Assembly (NCBI RefSeq): GCF_016433145.1
Contig: NC_058133.1
Coordinates: 197,135,157 to 197,199,156 of the forward strand
Length of the DNA stretch: 64,000 bases
Direction: 5' to 3'
Origin: Gracilinanus agilis
Lineage: Eukaryota
The notes below the pieces were generated by a model, which saw only the letters and a program-made list of their open reading frames with translations, made no database searches and was not told where the DNA came from. Positions 22,501-35,110 of the stretch are shown here, one piece after another (position 1 is the first letter of the stretch; each line of letters opens with the position of its first letter). The position numbers were made by a program, and so were the translations under genes.

Positions 22501-25029
22501 TGTGCACACGCTGAGCCTCTATGTGGCCTTTTATCCTTTCATTGATTTATTTGTATGTTCATTTATTCCCATCCCATTCAGTCATTCATTCATTCATCCA
22601 TCCAACAACATGGAGGTTGTGGATTGTTGGAATAGGAAGGGACTGGAGACGTCATTCAGCCCCGCCCCCTTATTTTATAGATGAGGAAATTGAAATTCTT
22701 AGACGTGAAATGACTTATCTAAGACCAAGAAGGATGTAAGTAACAGAATAGGATTTGAATGTAGGTCCTCTACCTCCCAAATTAAGAGACTTACTGTTTG
22801 CAAGGATACAAAGATACAAAACTGCTCGCAATGAGCAATGAATGGAATTCAAGGAAAGATACACGACGGAGGTAACTGTTACAAAGAAGGATGTGATAAG
22901 AAAGGCCCTGGTGAAGGGGCTTTGAGGAATCTGAGAAGAGAGAAATGATTTATAAATGGGCCGGTAGTGGGGAGTTTCTGGGAAGAATTCAGAGTAGAGA
23001 AGATGTATGAGTTGGGGAAATTCAGTCCAAGTACTGTGGAAGTCTTGCCAAAAGGCAGAATTAGAAGGCTCCGTAGGGAAGAAGACAAAACTCTGATTTG
23101 ATTGAAAAAGACCATTTGACAGACACTATTGTGAAAGAGTTTGCCTTAGGCTAAGGAGTTTGCCTGCTAAAGTATAATCTCAGTTTAGCATTCAATAAAT
23201 TGTAATATGAATAATAATGAACTTAAATAGCACTTTAAAATTTGTGAGGCACTTTCCCATAACATTATTTCATCTGATCCTCATAAGAACCCTGAGATGA
23301 AGATACTATCATCACTCCAATTTTACAAATTTGGAAACTGAGGGGGAACAGATAATAAGTGACTTTTCACAGGATCACATAGCTGGTAATTATCCAAAGT
23401 TGAATTCAAACTAATTTCTTCTAAAATTCAAATTTGACACTTTTTTTGAGGAGTGGTTCGAAAAAGAATGGATTATAAAAGGTATACACTGCTCACTAAT
23501 GGGCACAGTGTCCATAGGAAAGAATGGAAAAACTCTTACAGAAATCTAGTTAAGAGGCACATTCTTAGAGTAACTCACGACTGTGGACCACAGAACTGAA
23601 CGCCATTCTGTACCATGTATCTCCTGCTCCTTTTCTTAGCCTTCCTCACAAATTTTCTGATAGACAAAGCCTCTTCTCTTGGCCACCAAAGCAGTGTTAT
23701 AAGCTCTATTAGTAAATGTAGCGTGATTACACTCTTTCAATGAAATGGTAGTTCTAGGGCCAATACTTATGGTGTTCTGGTCTTCTTTCCTGGCTGGGTG
23801 CTGAATCTATTTCAGGGATTAGCAGCTCCTTTAAGGCAGAGAACTGCAAAATTCCTCAGCCATACTCTGGGACTTTGAAGAATCTGTCCCTCAGAGGTTT
23901 CCTCTCCTAAGCCTGAAGATGGCAATAGAGGGCAATTAGCCCAGCCAGCTCTTCTCATGAGGGAAGGATTTTGTTTCCCACCAGTCAGCTCTGGGCTTTT
24001 CTGCCATGAATAAACTCTTGAGCTCTAGGTGGGGCTAAAGAGCAGCAAGCTCAGCCAGCTCTTCAAAGCGTTGTTTCTTGTGGGTTTTCAGCAGCTGCGA
24101 AGCCTGCTGGCCTTACAGTTGGTTCTCTCAGTTGACTCAGCATGAAGCATTTGCTCTTATCTCTGATTCTTCTCTGGTCTATTTCTCTCTTAAGGTCTTC
24201 TCATTCTTCTGATCTCTGGCCTCTCATCTTCCGTTTTCCTTCTATGGTCAAATATTCTTCTAATGTGTCAAATTTTTGCTTTATGAGATCCATCTTTACT
24301 TCAGGTTGGTAAATCCAGGGTCCACATTTTTGTACGTATAGTACAATCAGTTAACATTTATTAAGTGTCTATGTGCTAGACCCTGTCTATGAAAAAAGGT
24401 AAAAGACACTTTTTTTTTTGAGGAGCTCACAATCTAATAAGGGAGATAGCATGCAATTACGTACAAATTATATATAGAATAAATTGAAAATCATCAGCAG
24501 AGAGAAGGCACTAGAATGAAGAGGGATTGGGAAAGGTTTCTTGTAGAAGGTGGGATTTTAGCTGGAACCTGAAGGAATCCAGGGAAGGGAGGGGGCAGAG
24601 ATGAGAAGGGGGAGCATAACCGGCATGAAAAACAGTGACAATGCTCAGTGTTGGAAGATGGAAGATCTTGTCTGAGGAAAAGAATATACAATCTCTCATA
24701 GTAGTTGTGAAAGGACCAACATCTTCCAGGGTTTCCCCCTTCTTCTATAATAAGAATGCAATAGGGATTAATTTTCACTAAATAGTGATAAAACTGTCTG
24801 AAGACCACTTAAATCATTGTACCCTGTCCTGCTGACTACTCTTATGGGTAGTGTTTCCAGGAAGGCATTATCTATACAAGCTAAGTGCCACTGTATCCTT
24901 GTTGTGTATCCCTAATGTTTTCAAAGTTTTATTAACTATTCAATGCCTTACAAGTGCTTCATTTCATTCTAAAACCTGAACATGGTGGTCTCCACAGGTT
25001 CACACTTCACAGTGCCCAACTGACTCTGC

Positions 25030-25795
25030 TTTAGAGTTTCTCAGATATATACTTCAAAACTCTGTGGTGCACTGCTGGTAGAATTGTGAACTGATCGAAC
25101 CATTTTGGAGTGCAATTTGTAACTGTGCCCAAAGGACTTTAAAACTGGGCACACCTTTTGATACAGAAATGCCACTACTACATCTGCATTCCAAAGAGAT
25201 TTTTTAAAATGAAAAGGACTTGTTTGTACAAAAATATTTATAGCTATTCTTTTTGTGGTGGTAAAGAATTGGAAAATGAGGGGATAGCCATCAATTTGGG
25301 GAATGTTTGAACAAGTCATGGTATATAATTGCAACAGAATTCTACTGGGCAATAAGAAATGATGAGAAGTATGATTTTAGAATAATTTGCAAAGATCTAT
25401 ATGAACTGATACAAAGTGAAGTGAGAATAACCAGGAGAATATTGGACATAGTAACAACCATATTATATAAATGACTTAGTTATTCTTAGCAATACAGTGA
25501 TCTAAGACATTCCTCAATGACTCATGATGAAAAAACACCATCTGCCTCCAGAGAAAGAACTGATGGAGTCTCAATGCAAACTGAGGCATTCTATATTTCA
25601 CTTTATTTTTTTCATTTTTCTTATGTTTGTTCAAAAATGACTAATATGGAAAGATATTCTATATCATATTGTTGGCCATGGTAGTGGTGATGGGGGTGGT
25701 GGTGGAAGAAGAGAGAGAAATTGACTCAAATATTGAAAAAGAGATTAAAAGTAGTTTTTTTCATGTCATCGAGGTAAAAATAAAATATTTTTTAA
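25030..25795 (+). mobile_element. L1 3' fragment
   Basis: aaaatatttatagctattctttttgtggtggtaaagaattgg... and gaaagaactgatggagtc, from the L1 ORF2 end and 3'UTR. Confidence 0.75.
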
Positions 25796-25796
25796 A

Positions 25797-26850
25797 ACTC
25801 TGTGGTGCAGTTGGTAGAATACTGGGTCTAGAGTCAGGAAGGTTCCTCTTCCTGAGTTTGAATCTAGCCTCAGATAATACCTAATTGTGTGACCCAGGGC
25901 AAATCACTTAATCATTTACCCACTGCTTGCCTGAGTTTCCTCATATGTAAAAAGAGCTGGAGAAGGAAATCGCAAACTACTCTAATATCTTTGCCAAGAA
26001 AACCCTAAATTGAGTCATGAAGAGTTGGACATGACTGAAAAATGACTAAACAACAACAACAAAATGAATTGGTGGATAACCATGCATCATGGCTATTTCT
26101 ACCTTTAGTCAATACTTTTGCCTTACTATCTTCTCTATGCTGTGTATTGGTTCCAAGGCAGAAGAGTGGTAAGGGCTAGGCAATGGGATTTAAGTGACTT
26201 GCCCAGGGTCACACAGCTAGGAAGTGTCTGAGGTCAGATTTGAACCTAGGACCTCCCCATTTCTAGGCCTGACTCTCAATCTACTGAGCCACCCATCTGC
26301 CTTCATCTATAAACTTTAAAAGGTCTTTATCCCGATTCTCACTTGCATTGATGAATCAGATTCTCAGAGGCTAGATAAGTATATCTTTGCCTCATCTTTT
26401 TAGGAGTATGAGGGGTTGTAAGTGTCTTTATAATTCTACCAGCTCAAGCTCCCATTCCAGTGTCTTTTCTCCATTGTCAATCTATCAGTTGTTTTTTCAA
26501 TATCATATTAGTTGTCAGGTGGTACCTACTATAAATCACTGAGTGGCCTAGTGATTAGCACTCCACAATCAGTTTAATCAATTAAAATAATTTAACCTTC
26601 ACAAAGAGAAAGTTAATTAAAATATATCACAAGAGGGGGCAGCTAGTTGGCTCAGTGGATAGAGAACTAGGCCTAGAGACAGGAGGTGCTGGGTTCAAAT
26701 GTGACCTCAGATACTTACTTCCTAGCTATGTGACCCTGGGCAAGTCACTTACCTCCTATTGCCTAGCCCTAGCCCTTACTATTTTCTGCCTTAGAACCAA
26801 TATGTAGTATTGATTCTAAGATGGAAGGTAAGGGATTAAAAAAAAAAAAA
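25797..26850. mobile_element. Cluster of MIR (+, 25797-26065), SINE (-, 26135-26302) and SINE (+, 26636-26850)
   Basis: CORE and SINE1-type consensus motifs with A/T tails. Confidence 0.8.
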
Positions 26851-27019
26851 AGACATTGCAAGAACCAAGTTAGAAAGCATTTCTGTGATTAATCAGGGCA
26901 CACTCTCCCCTCTACCACTTCTATTCCTGGGGAGAGTCATCTTAGATTCTAATTGGTTGCTACAAAGTACTTGCCCCACTAAGTTAATTTTCTTTTTTAA
27001 AATTTAAAAAAACTTTAAA

Positions 27020-27740
27020 CTTAACAATTTTCTTTCCATTCCCCAACCTCCCTGGTGGAAAACATCCTTTTAACAAATAGGCATAGTCAAGCAAAACAAA
27101 TCCCTATGTTGGTCATACCCAAAAATATGTGTCTCATTCTCTAAGCTCTGTCTATCACTTCTGTCAGGAGGTAGGTAGCATGATTCATCACTGTGCTTCT
27201 GGAATGCTTGGTTATTGCATTGATTCGAGTTCTTAAGTCTTTCATAATTGTTTGTTTTTATAATGTGGTTATGGTATAAACTTTTCTCCTGTTTCTGTTT
27301 ATTTTACTCTATCACTTTCTACAAGTCTTCCTGGTTTTCTCTAAACAATCCTTTTTTATCATTTCTTATGGTAAAGGGTATTTCATCGCATTCCTATACC
27401 ATAATTTCTTCAGCCATTCTGCAAGTAATGGGGGCCCCCTTAGTTTCTAATTGTTTGCTACCACTAAAAGCACTGCCATATATATTTGTGTACATGAGTC
27501 TTTATCCTATTTTTGAAACTTTTTAGGTTATAGGGCTGGTAATGTCATCACTAGGTCAAAGGGTATACACAGTTTAGTAACTTTTTGAATAAAATTCTAA
27601 ATTGCTTTTCAGAATATCTGTACCAATTCACAACTTCACTAAAAATGCATTAATGTGCCCATTACCTCAAAGTTTATCTGACATTTGCCATTTTCCTTGT
27701 CAACTTTGCTAATCTGATGGGTGTGAAATGGAATCTCAAA
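27020..27740 (-). mobile_element. L1 3' fragment, reverse orientation
   Basis: ggtcaaagggtatacacag...ccaattcacaacttcac...gatgggtgtgaaatggaatctc, the reverse complement of the L1 ORF2 C-terminus. Confidence 0.75.
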
Positions 27741-29665
27741 AGTTCATTTCCAAAAGTAGCATAGCCAATGGATAGAGTCAATCTATTGCCTGCATGATTC
27801 AGGGTCTTGACTACACCATAAGTTCACTGCTGTGCTGGGTCAAGCAGGTTAATCCTCAGGAATGTGTTGGTGCCTCACTGGGCTCAGCTGCTGGCAAACT
27901 CTGGTATAGACTCCAGTTCCTGGACCCCTGGTGACTTTAGCTCTTGAAGCTCACAAGATCATAGCTGTCTTCCATACTTCTTTACCTCAAGAGTAGGAAA
28001 GAACATAAAGATAGATATACTGAACATCTATTAAGCATTCACTGTGTACCAGGGCACTATACAAGGAGACAAGGCTCTGAGACTCCACGTATTCGTGATT
28101 GCGTGTCATTCAGCCCATCTGGGAAGGGCTTGAGGCATACCTTGCAAGTTGAGTCTCTTAAGTATTGCTTTCCTAGATGATGAGGGTTGTAGAACTAGAC
28201 TGGAAGCAGGGTTCCTGGCATTGGGGGTGATGCTATTCCTGGGACTCTTGTGTATAGGAGTACACAATCCTGGGCAGTCTGCCTAGCATTTGCTGTCTCC
28301 TGTCTTTCTCATGGCAAATTATTGCCTCAATTAGTATGGCTTGCCTGCTTTCCAGTGGCTGGTCGCTTTCGGTAGTAGTTGGGAAAATGAGTGGACTGGA
28401 CGAAGGAGTGATAAAATGATGCTATTTCAAGGGCTGTTGGGCTTAATGCCAAGTTAAGTGACTGTTGGTTGGTGCTTTTGCATATAGGAAATGCTTTATG
28501 AATGCTTTTTAATGAATTTAATTCATCTCTATCTAAGGTATATTTGTTCAGAAGGCACATTCAGTGTCTTGTTTTTTTTTCTTTCCCTGATGCAGTCAGT
28601 GGGTATATATACATATATGTGATTCATACATATATTTGTGTGTATGTATATGTCAGAAGGAGGTCAGTGTGATCATCTTGGGCGATTGATGTATGTGAGT
28701 CTGTCCAGAGGGTTTATTGTGTGCATGTTTGTCTATCTGAATGAGTAAGAATTGTCCAATGTGTCAGTGTGTGTGTATTTAGCCCATCCAACATAACAAC
28801 ACACTGACATCATGTAGACTAGTATGTGACCCCCAAGCACATTGACCCCTCAGGCAGATGTTATTTACTGGTCCCCTCACATAAAGGAATGTCCTCTACA
28901 AACACACATAATAATTCCCTCAGACACAAACTCACTGACACCCATATCCCTTCATATAGATACATGTCAGTCCCCTAAGACACAAATATCCATGCAATGA
29001 GGCCATTAGATGACCCCCCACACACACACACACCCTTTCTTATCCATGGTGTGACACACACGAACACACAAAGGCCTCACAGATAGACAGACATATGCAG
29101 TAGAGCCCTGCCTATAGAGTATGCTGACCCTACCTACTCCTCTGCCCCTCTACGTGTGGACTCAGCAGACTGATACTCTCCCATACACACTCAGCACCTC
29201 AACTATAAACAGACTGATGACATTAGATGGAGGCCAGTGCACAGAGAATACGTGAGAAAAGCATCTAGAGACTGTCAGGCAGGCATGCACACAGTGGGGT
29301 AGACATTGACTCCCTCACATGCCCAGCCTAAAATGATCTGAACCTCATACACATTTCTGACCTGCTTAGACAGACACATCGACTCCCTGAGCCACTGCAC
29401 TATAAGATGGACGATGGTCCCCTTACATAAACATTCCTAGAGTGAGCCCTGCAGACAGGCAAACACAAACTGCCTGCCTCATCGACACACACAGACCTAT
29501 TCAGACTGACACACACTGCCCTTTCAGACACAAAAACACTGACCTTTTCATCCAGACAAAGATACTGAATCCTTCATATACAACATTAGGTGTTTGAGTT
29601 CCACAGTGCTAGGTATTGAGAAAACAATGAAGCCTAGGCAGGACCTGGTCCTCGTTGTTTTAGAG

Positions 29666-29858
29666 CAGTGGTTCCCAAACTTTTTTGGCCTACTGCCCCC
29701 TTTCCAGAAAAAATATTACTTAGTGCCCCCTGGAAATTATGAAACTATTTATTACATTCAGAACAGAATGTAATACAAAATAAGTGTGGCCATCACTGCT
29801 CCCCTAGATCGCTGCAGCACCCACCAGGGGGCGGTGGCACCCACTTTAGGAATCACTG
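29666..29858 (+). mobile_element. hAT-Charlie MITE, family C, copy 1
   Basis: TIRs cagtggttcccaaa / tttaggaatcactg; TSD ttttagag/ctttagac. Confidence 0.88.
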
Positions 29859-30489
29859 CTTTAGACTTTACAGTCTAGAAGGAGAATGACTGATAGCTAT
29901 AAAATATGCACTAAACACACCAGATAATTAGAAAACAAAGTGCTATGTGGGAGGGGTGGGGCAGCTAGGTAGCACAGTGGATAGTGCTTCCAGCCTGGAG
30001 TTGACTGGACCTGGGTTCAAATTTAGCCTCAGACCCTTCCTAGCTGTGGGACCTTGGGCAAGCCACTTAACCCCATTTGCCTGTCTTATTACCAAGACAG
30101 AAAGTAAGGATTAAGAAAAAAAAAGAAGGGTTATATGAGGCCTGGGGATGGGGAAGTTATTACTGTTACTGGTCAGGTTGATCAATAAACCTTTCTATAC
30201 TTAAGTTTTAAATGATAAGTAAACAGTAGGGTGGTGGGGCAGGTTGGTTATTCTAGATTTAAATAATAATACAGGAAAAGGTTCAGTTTGTGTAATTCAT
30301 GTATCCGCTAGGTAGAGTATTCCAGTTAGTAGCATATGAGATAAGGATAGAAATATAGGTTAATGTGAGGCTATGGAAGACCTTTAATGATAAGCAGAAC
30401 TTATTTTAAATTTAAACTTAGCTTCATATTGGGCTTGTAATCTACACCCTCTCCAATTTAATTACTTTGTATATATTTTGTCTTTTTTT

Positions 30490-31330
30490 CTTATATATGT
30501 GTATCCCCAACTCAGTGGACATGCACAAGTTATGGCTCCAGAGGATGCCTGTTATCTCAGGTTCTAGAGGTGCCCTGAGGCTGGCTATAATTATTATGAT
30601 AGCTCATAACCCCCCCTCCCCCATAAGTGTGTTTCTCATTAACAGTCAGCCAGAAGACACAATTAGCTCTTAGCAAGGGCATTTATTTGCTAGGATGGCA
30701 CAGTAAGAACAGTATCTATAAAACATCCTTAAATATAGGGCACACTACCACAAATACAGATGTGTTGGTGCAAACTTATGATAAAATGATAATGAGGGAT
30801 GCCTGTAGAATACTAGAGATAATCCTGTAGGCAAAGGCAACTCATTCTTTTAGGTACAGTAGGACCTCAAAAGACTTTGTCTCCTTATGGAGTACTCACA
30901 TAGCTTCCTTTAGATATAGCATCTTGTAATTAGCTGGGCTGCTTAGATGGATTCCTAGGGCCTGTACCTCTCCCCAGCTTGACTCTTAGGGGTATATGAG
31001 GTATTCAGAGAAGACTAGTACCTTTAATGTGAAGGTTTGTCAAGCCCCTTTTCAGGCTGTTTTCCTCTCGGTGTCACCTCCCACTCAGCTCTCACCTATG
31101 GTTCCAAGATGCTGTATCACACAGCAGGCACACTACAATAAAACCTTCTCAGCAAATGGGCTAAACCAGGCTGAGAGTAACCGCCAGGCCTCAAACCAGT
31201 CAATTAATTAGATGGGTACCTTCCCAGGCATATGAAAACTTCCCCCTACAGAATGGACAGATGAGACAATTTGTTCCAATGACGAAGAAGGCAGAGGAAG
31301 GGGCCACTATGGAGCCCTTAGAGCTTGGTT
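30490..31330 (-). mobile_element. Possible solo LTR or unclassified repeat
   Basis: Unique-looking stretch containing catttatttgc (AAATAAA on the minus strand); impression only, no TG..CA ends confirmed. Confidence 0.25.
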
Positions 31331-31334
31331 GGAC

Positions 31335-31545
31335 AATTAAGAAACCTAGGTCATCCATTGCATCCCCAGCCATCACCAGTCATCTTGGCTTTTGTCTTGC
31401 CACTGGACTTTGTTGACTTTGGAAAAGAGAGACCAGTGACTTTGTGCAATTCTGCCACACTTAAATCCAATTTATGAGCAACTCAAAAGACATCACCAGT
31501 GATGTCATTTTGGTCTTCTTGAGCATGAAAGACAACCAATAAACA
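31335..31545 (+). mobile_element. MAR1-like SINE 3' part; related inverted copy at ~54940-55110 in GIP intron 1
   Basis: ttttgtcttgccactggactttg...gacatcaccagtgatgtcat is shared, reverse-complemented, with atcactagtgatgtc...aaagtccaatggcaagacaaa. Confidence 0.65.
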
Positions 31546-32499
31546 AGGTCTCTTGAGTCCACAACTAGTTCCCCTTCCTCCTGAAAGAGGGTCCTGTTTC
31601 TCACAATTGTTTCCTCCCTCAAATGGCTGCTTTTCTATATTTGTGTTTGTTTGGAGTATGTCTCTGCTTCCTTAATTGTGTCTTAGTCAATGGATGTGTG
31701 TGTGAAATACCTTCCTCTTCCTAAAGAGGTCTCTTCTAGAAAAAAATTTCTGAGTCTGCATTCCCAACTTGGAACTCCCTCCTTAGTTTTGCAGGGCTAC
31801 TTAAAGCCCTGCAAAAGTGTGTTTAATTTTGCTCTTCCAATGAGTAGCTCTCTTTAATTTTGTTAAAGAGTCACACTTCATTAAGGGATCACTGGGTGTG
31901 GCTGATATTTTATAGTCCATTTAATACCTTGTAATCACATTAAAATTTCATAGTCTAAATCTTGACTAGATTAACTGAGGAGGCAAGGTGGACAGGAGAA
32001 ATCAAATCCCCTATCCCTTACATGTGTACTTATTGTCTCTCCCTAGTAGAATGCAAAAACTCCTATAAGATGGAGACATTTGTTTTATCTCTGTATCTCC
32101 TCTACCTAGCACATCAAGTAGATGGTTAATAAAAACTTGTCAAATTGAATTGCTTACTTTTATCATTAAATTAAATAGGGGCCACTGGAGATTTTTAAGC
32201 AGATGAGTGCCATGATCAGATTTCTTCAACTTAATAAGCATCCATTATGCTCCTACTATGTGCCAGGTAGTGTGCTAGGTTCTGAGGGTACAATAAAAAC
32301 CAAAACCAAAACATTCTTTGCTCTCAGAAAGCTTACATACCATTTGGAGGATAACACAGATATACTTGTACATAAATACAAACTACAAAGAAAGAAAATA
32401 AAAATGTTGTTGCAGAAGTGGGAGAGCATGACATTTGGTGGGATCAGGAAGGCTCTCTGTAGGAAATCTGAGCTGAACCTTGAAGGGACATTTAGTGGT

Positions 32500-33900
32500 A
32501 TCATCAGCATCCATGTGTTTAATAATCTTCTCTATGAGGTGACTTCCAAATCTGTATGTCTAGTTCCAGACTCACCCCTTAATTTCAATGCCATAAGACC
32601 ACTAACCATTAGGCATTTCAAATGGGATATCCAGAGACACTTCAAATTTAACATGTCTAAAACAGAAATTGTATCTCGTCCCCAAACCTCCCCCTCTTTC
32701 AAACTATCCTATTTCTTAAAAGACATCTCTATTTCCATAGTCTAACAGGTTTATAAGCCTCAGTAATATCTTAGATTCCTCATTCCACATATCCAGTCAA
32801 TTGCCAAATTTTGCTTTTTCCACTTCCACCATTTCTCTTATGCCTGACCCTTTCCACTCACAGTCAACCTTTCCTCCTCTCAACTAATTCACCCTGGTGA
32901 GTTCTTTATCATCTCTCATCCAGATTATTCAGTCTGATTCTTTAATTCACTAGTTCCTAAACTTTTTTGGCCTACCTTCCAGAAAAAAATTACTTAGCGC
33001 CTCTGGAAATTATTATTTTTTTAATTAATAGGAAAGATAAATGCACCTGTGGCCATCACCACTCCCCTGGATTGCTGCAGCATCCACCAGGGGGCGGTGG
33101 CACCCACTTTGGGAATCATTGCTTTAATTAATTAATTCAATTCTTCTTTCTATTTGTCTATCTATTTAACAATTATACAGTTTTTATTTTTTCTCTCCCT
33201 TTCACCTCTCCCATTTCCTTTCTTCCTCCACTTAATGGGAAAGAAAAAAACAAAATACTTGTAAGAGAAGTATAGTCAAGTGACACAAATTCCTCATATT
33301 GGCCATGCCCAAAAATGTCTCACCTAGATTATTGCAATAGTTTTCCAAGGTCTCCCTACTTCAACTCTCTCACTACTCCAGCTAATACTCCTTAGTGAAA
33401 TTCAGATCTGAGCATGCCACTTCTATTCAATAAATTTCAGTGGCTCTTTATTGCCTCAGGAATAAAATACAAATTCCTTTGGTTAGTCCTTATAGGCCTT
33501 CACCACCACCTCCTACTTATAGACTCATTGAACATCGCAGAGAGATCCATACAAAGTGGAATCTCTTCTTCTTCCAGATGGTGGTCCATCTGCCATCATC
33601 ATGCCTTTTCACTATATGTCCGCCATGTTTAGAATGCTTTACCTCCTTATTTCTACTTCATAGAATCCATCTTTTCTTTTGATATGCAGTTCATATGCAT
33701 ATGAAGTCTTTTGTGATTCCCACCAATTGCTAATGCTCTCCTTCCATAACAACCTTGCATTAAATGACTTTGTATTTATTCTCTTTATATTTTATCTGTA
33801 TGTACTTTTCTTCCCAGAGAGGATAACAGCTCTTTGAGAGTAGGAATTGTTTTATTCTTTCCATTTTTAACCTCAGCTTCTTACATAGTGTCTAGGACCA
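32500..33900 (+). mobile_element. L2 fragments interrupted by a hAT MITE and an L1 end
   Basis: cttcaaatttaacatgtctaaaacagaa, gattattgcaatagt and aaaatacaaattcc are L2 3'-region motifs. Confidence 0.7.
32948..33121 (+). mobile_element. hAT-Charlie MITE, family C, copy 2
   Basis: TIRs cactagttcctaaa / tttgggaatcattg; perfect 8-bp TSD ctttaatt (32940-32947 and 33122-33129). Confidence 0.88.
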
Positions 33901-34124
33901 TGTTGGTGAACCTATGGTACATATGCCAGAGTGTGCCAGAGGGGGCTGCTCCCTTCCCTCTCTCCACACGTGTCCGAGGACATTCCTCACATGACCCACC
34001 CCTCTGCCCAACAGTCCAATGGGAGCACTTCCTCCCTCCTCTTTCTGGACTAAGGTGGGGGGCTCACATGTGGCATGAGGGTTGTAGCTTAGGCACTCAG
34101 TCTCTAAAAGTTTCACCATCATTG
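33898..34124 (-). mobile_element. hAT MITE, family A, copy 2
   Basis: Reverse complement of 8832-9038; TSD gtctagga/gcctaaga. Confidence 0.8.
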
Positions 34125-34833
34125 GCCTAAGACATAATGGGTGCTTATTAAAGATTGATTGGCTTGTTGGTTAAAGGGGAGAGATTGGAGAAGGGAAACC
34201 ATATAGGAAGCTATTACAATAGTGCAGGCAAAAGGTAATTAGAGTGAATTAGAATGGTATCCATGTGAATTGAGAAAATGTTATATATATGGGAGGAAAC
34301 TGTCTATGCATAGGATCTATAGAACTTGAGAAATGATTAAAATATTGGGAGGAAGAAGGTAGAAAGAGTGAAAGATAATTTTAGTGATGAACCTGAGTGA
34401 CTGTGAAGACTATGATGCCCTTAATGGAATTAGGAATAGTTTAGAGAAAGGGAGGGTTTAGAGGTGAACATTATGAGTTATGTTTTGGATGTGTTGAATT
34501 TGAGATCAACAAGATATGTAACTAGAGAGGTAAAAGGAGAGATGTGCTTATATACTTGTGTATTATGTGTATATGTGTACATACATATTTGTATCTATAC
34601 AAAAATCCAATATAATAATAATAATAACCAGCATTTAATTAGTATTTTAAGGTCTGCAAAGCATTTTACAAAAGAGTCTGTCCAATGATCCTGGTAGGCA
34701 GCTGTTATCCTTATTTTATAGCTAAGGAAATAGAGAAAACTAGAGATTAAATGATTTGCCCAAGGTCACACAACTAGTAAGTATCTGGGGGGATCTGAAC
34801 TCAGATCTTCTTGATTCTAGGTCCAGTGGCACC

Positions 34834-34838
<5 letters not shown>

Positions 34839-34873
<35 letters not shown>
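34839..34873 (+). repeat. (AC)n microsatellite
   Basis: Perfect dinucleotide run. Confidence 0.97.
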
Positions 34874-34874
<1 letters not shown>

Positions 34875-35048
34875 GGTGTCTCAAAAGTCTTTGTGTGGTA
34901 TATATTCATGTACATATACATACATTATATGTATTGTGAATGTATGATGTGGGTGTATGCATTTTGAGAGTCATCCTTAAAAAGATAATCAGACCCATGG
35001 AAATAGATAAGATAATTAAAAGAGGTAATATAGAGAGAAGAGAGAAGA

Positions 35049-35050
<2 letters not shown>

Positions 35051-35096
<46 letters not shown>
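35051..35096 (+). repeat. (GA)n microsatellite running into the contig end
   Basis: Perfect dinucleotide run. Confidence 0.97.
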
Positions 35097-35098
<2 letters not shown>

Positions 35099-35110
35099 GT
35101 CTCTTATACA
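35097..35110 (+). other. Tn5 mosaic-end / Nextera adapter remnant (artefact)
   Basis: CTGTCTCTTATACA is the first 14 nt of CTGTCTCTTATACACATCT and directly abuts the N gap. Confidence 0.88.

Noticed and set aside
22003-22545. 180-aa plus-strand ORF antisense to SNF8 exon 1
   Set aside because: It lies in a GC-rich CpG island where stops are rare, has a low-complexity G/R/A/P composition, and resembles no known protein.
32203-32745. 180-aa plus-strand ORF
   Set aside because: A chimera of repeat fragments (L2/MIR-like); composition is not protein-like.
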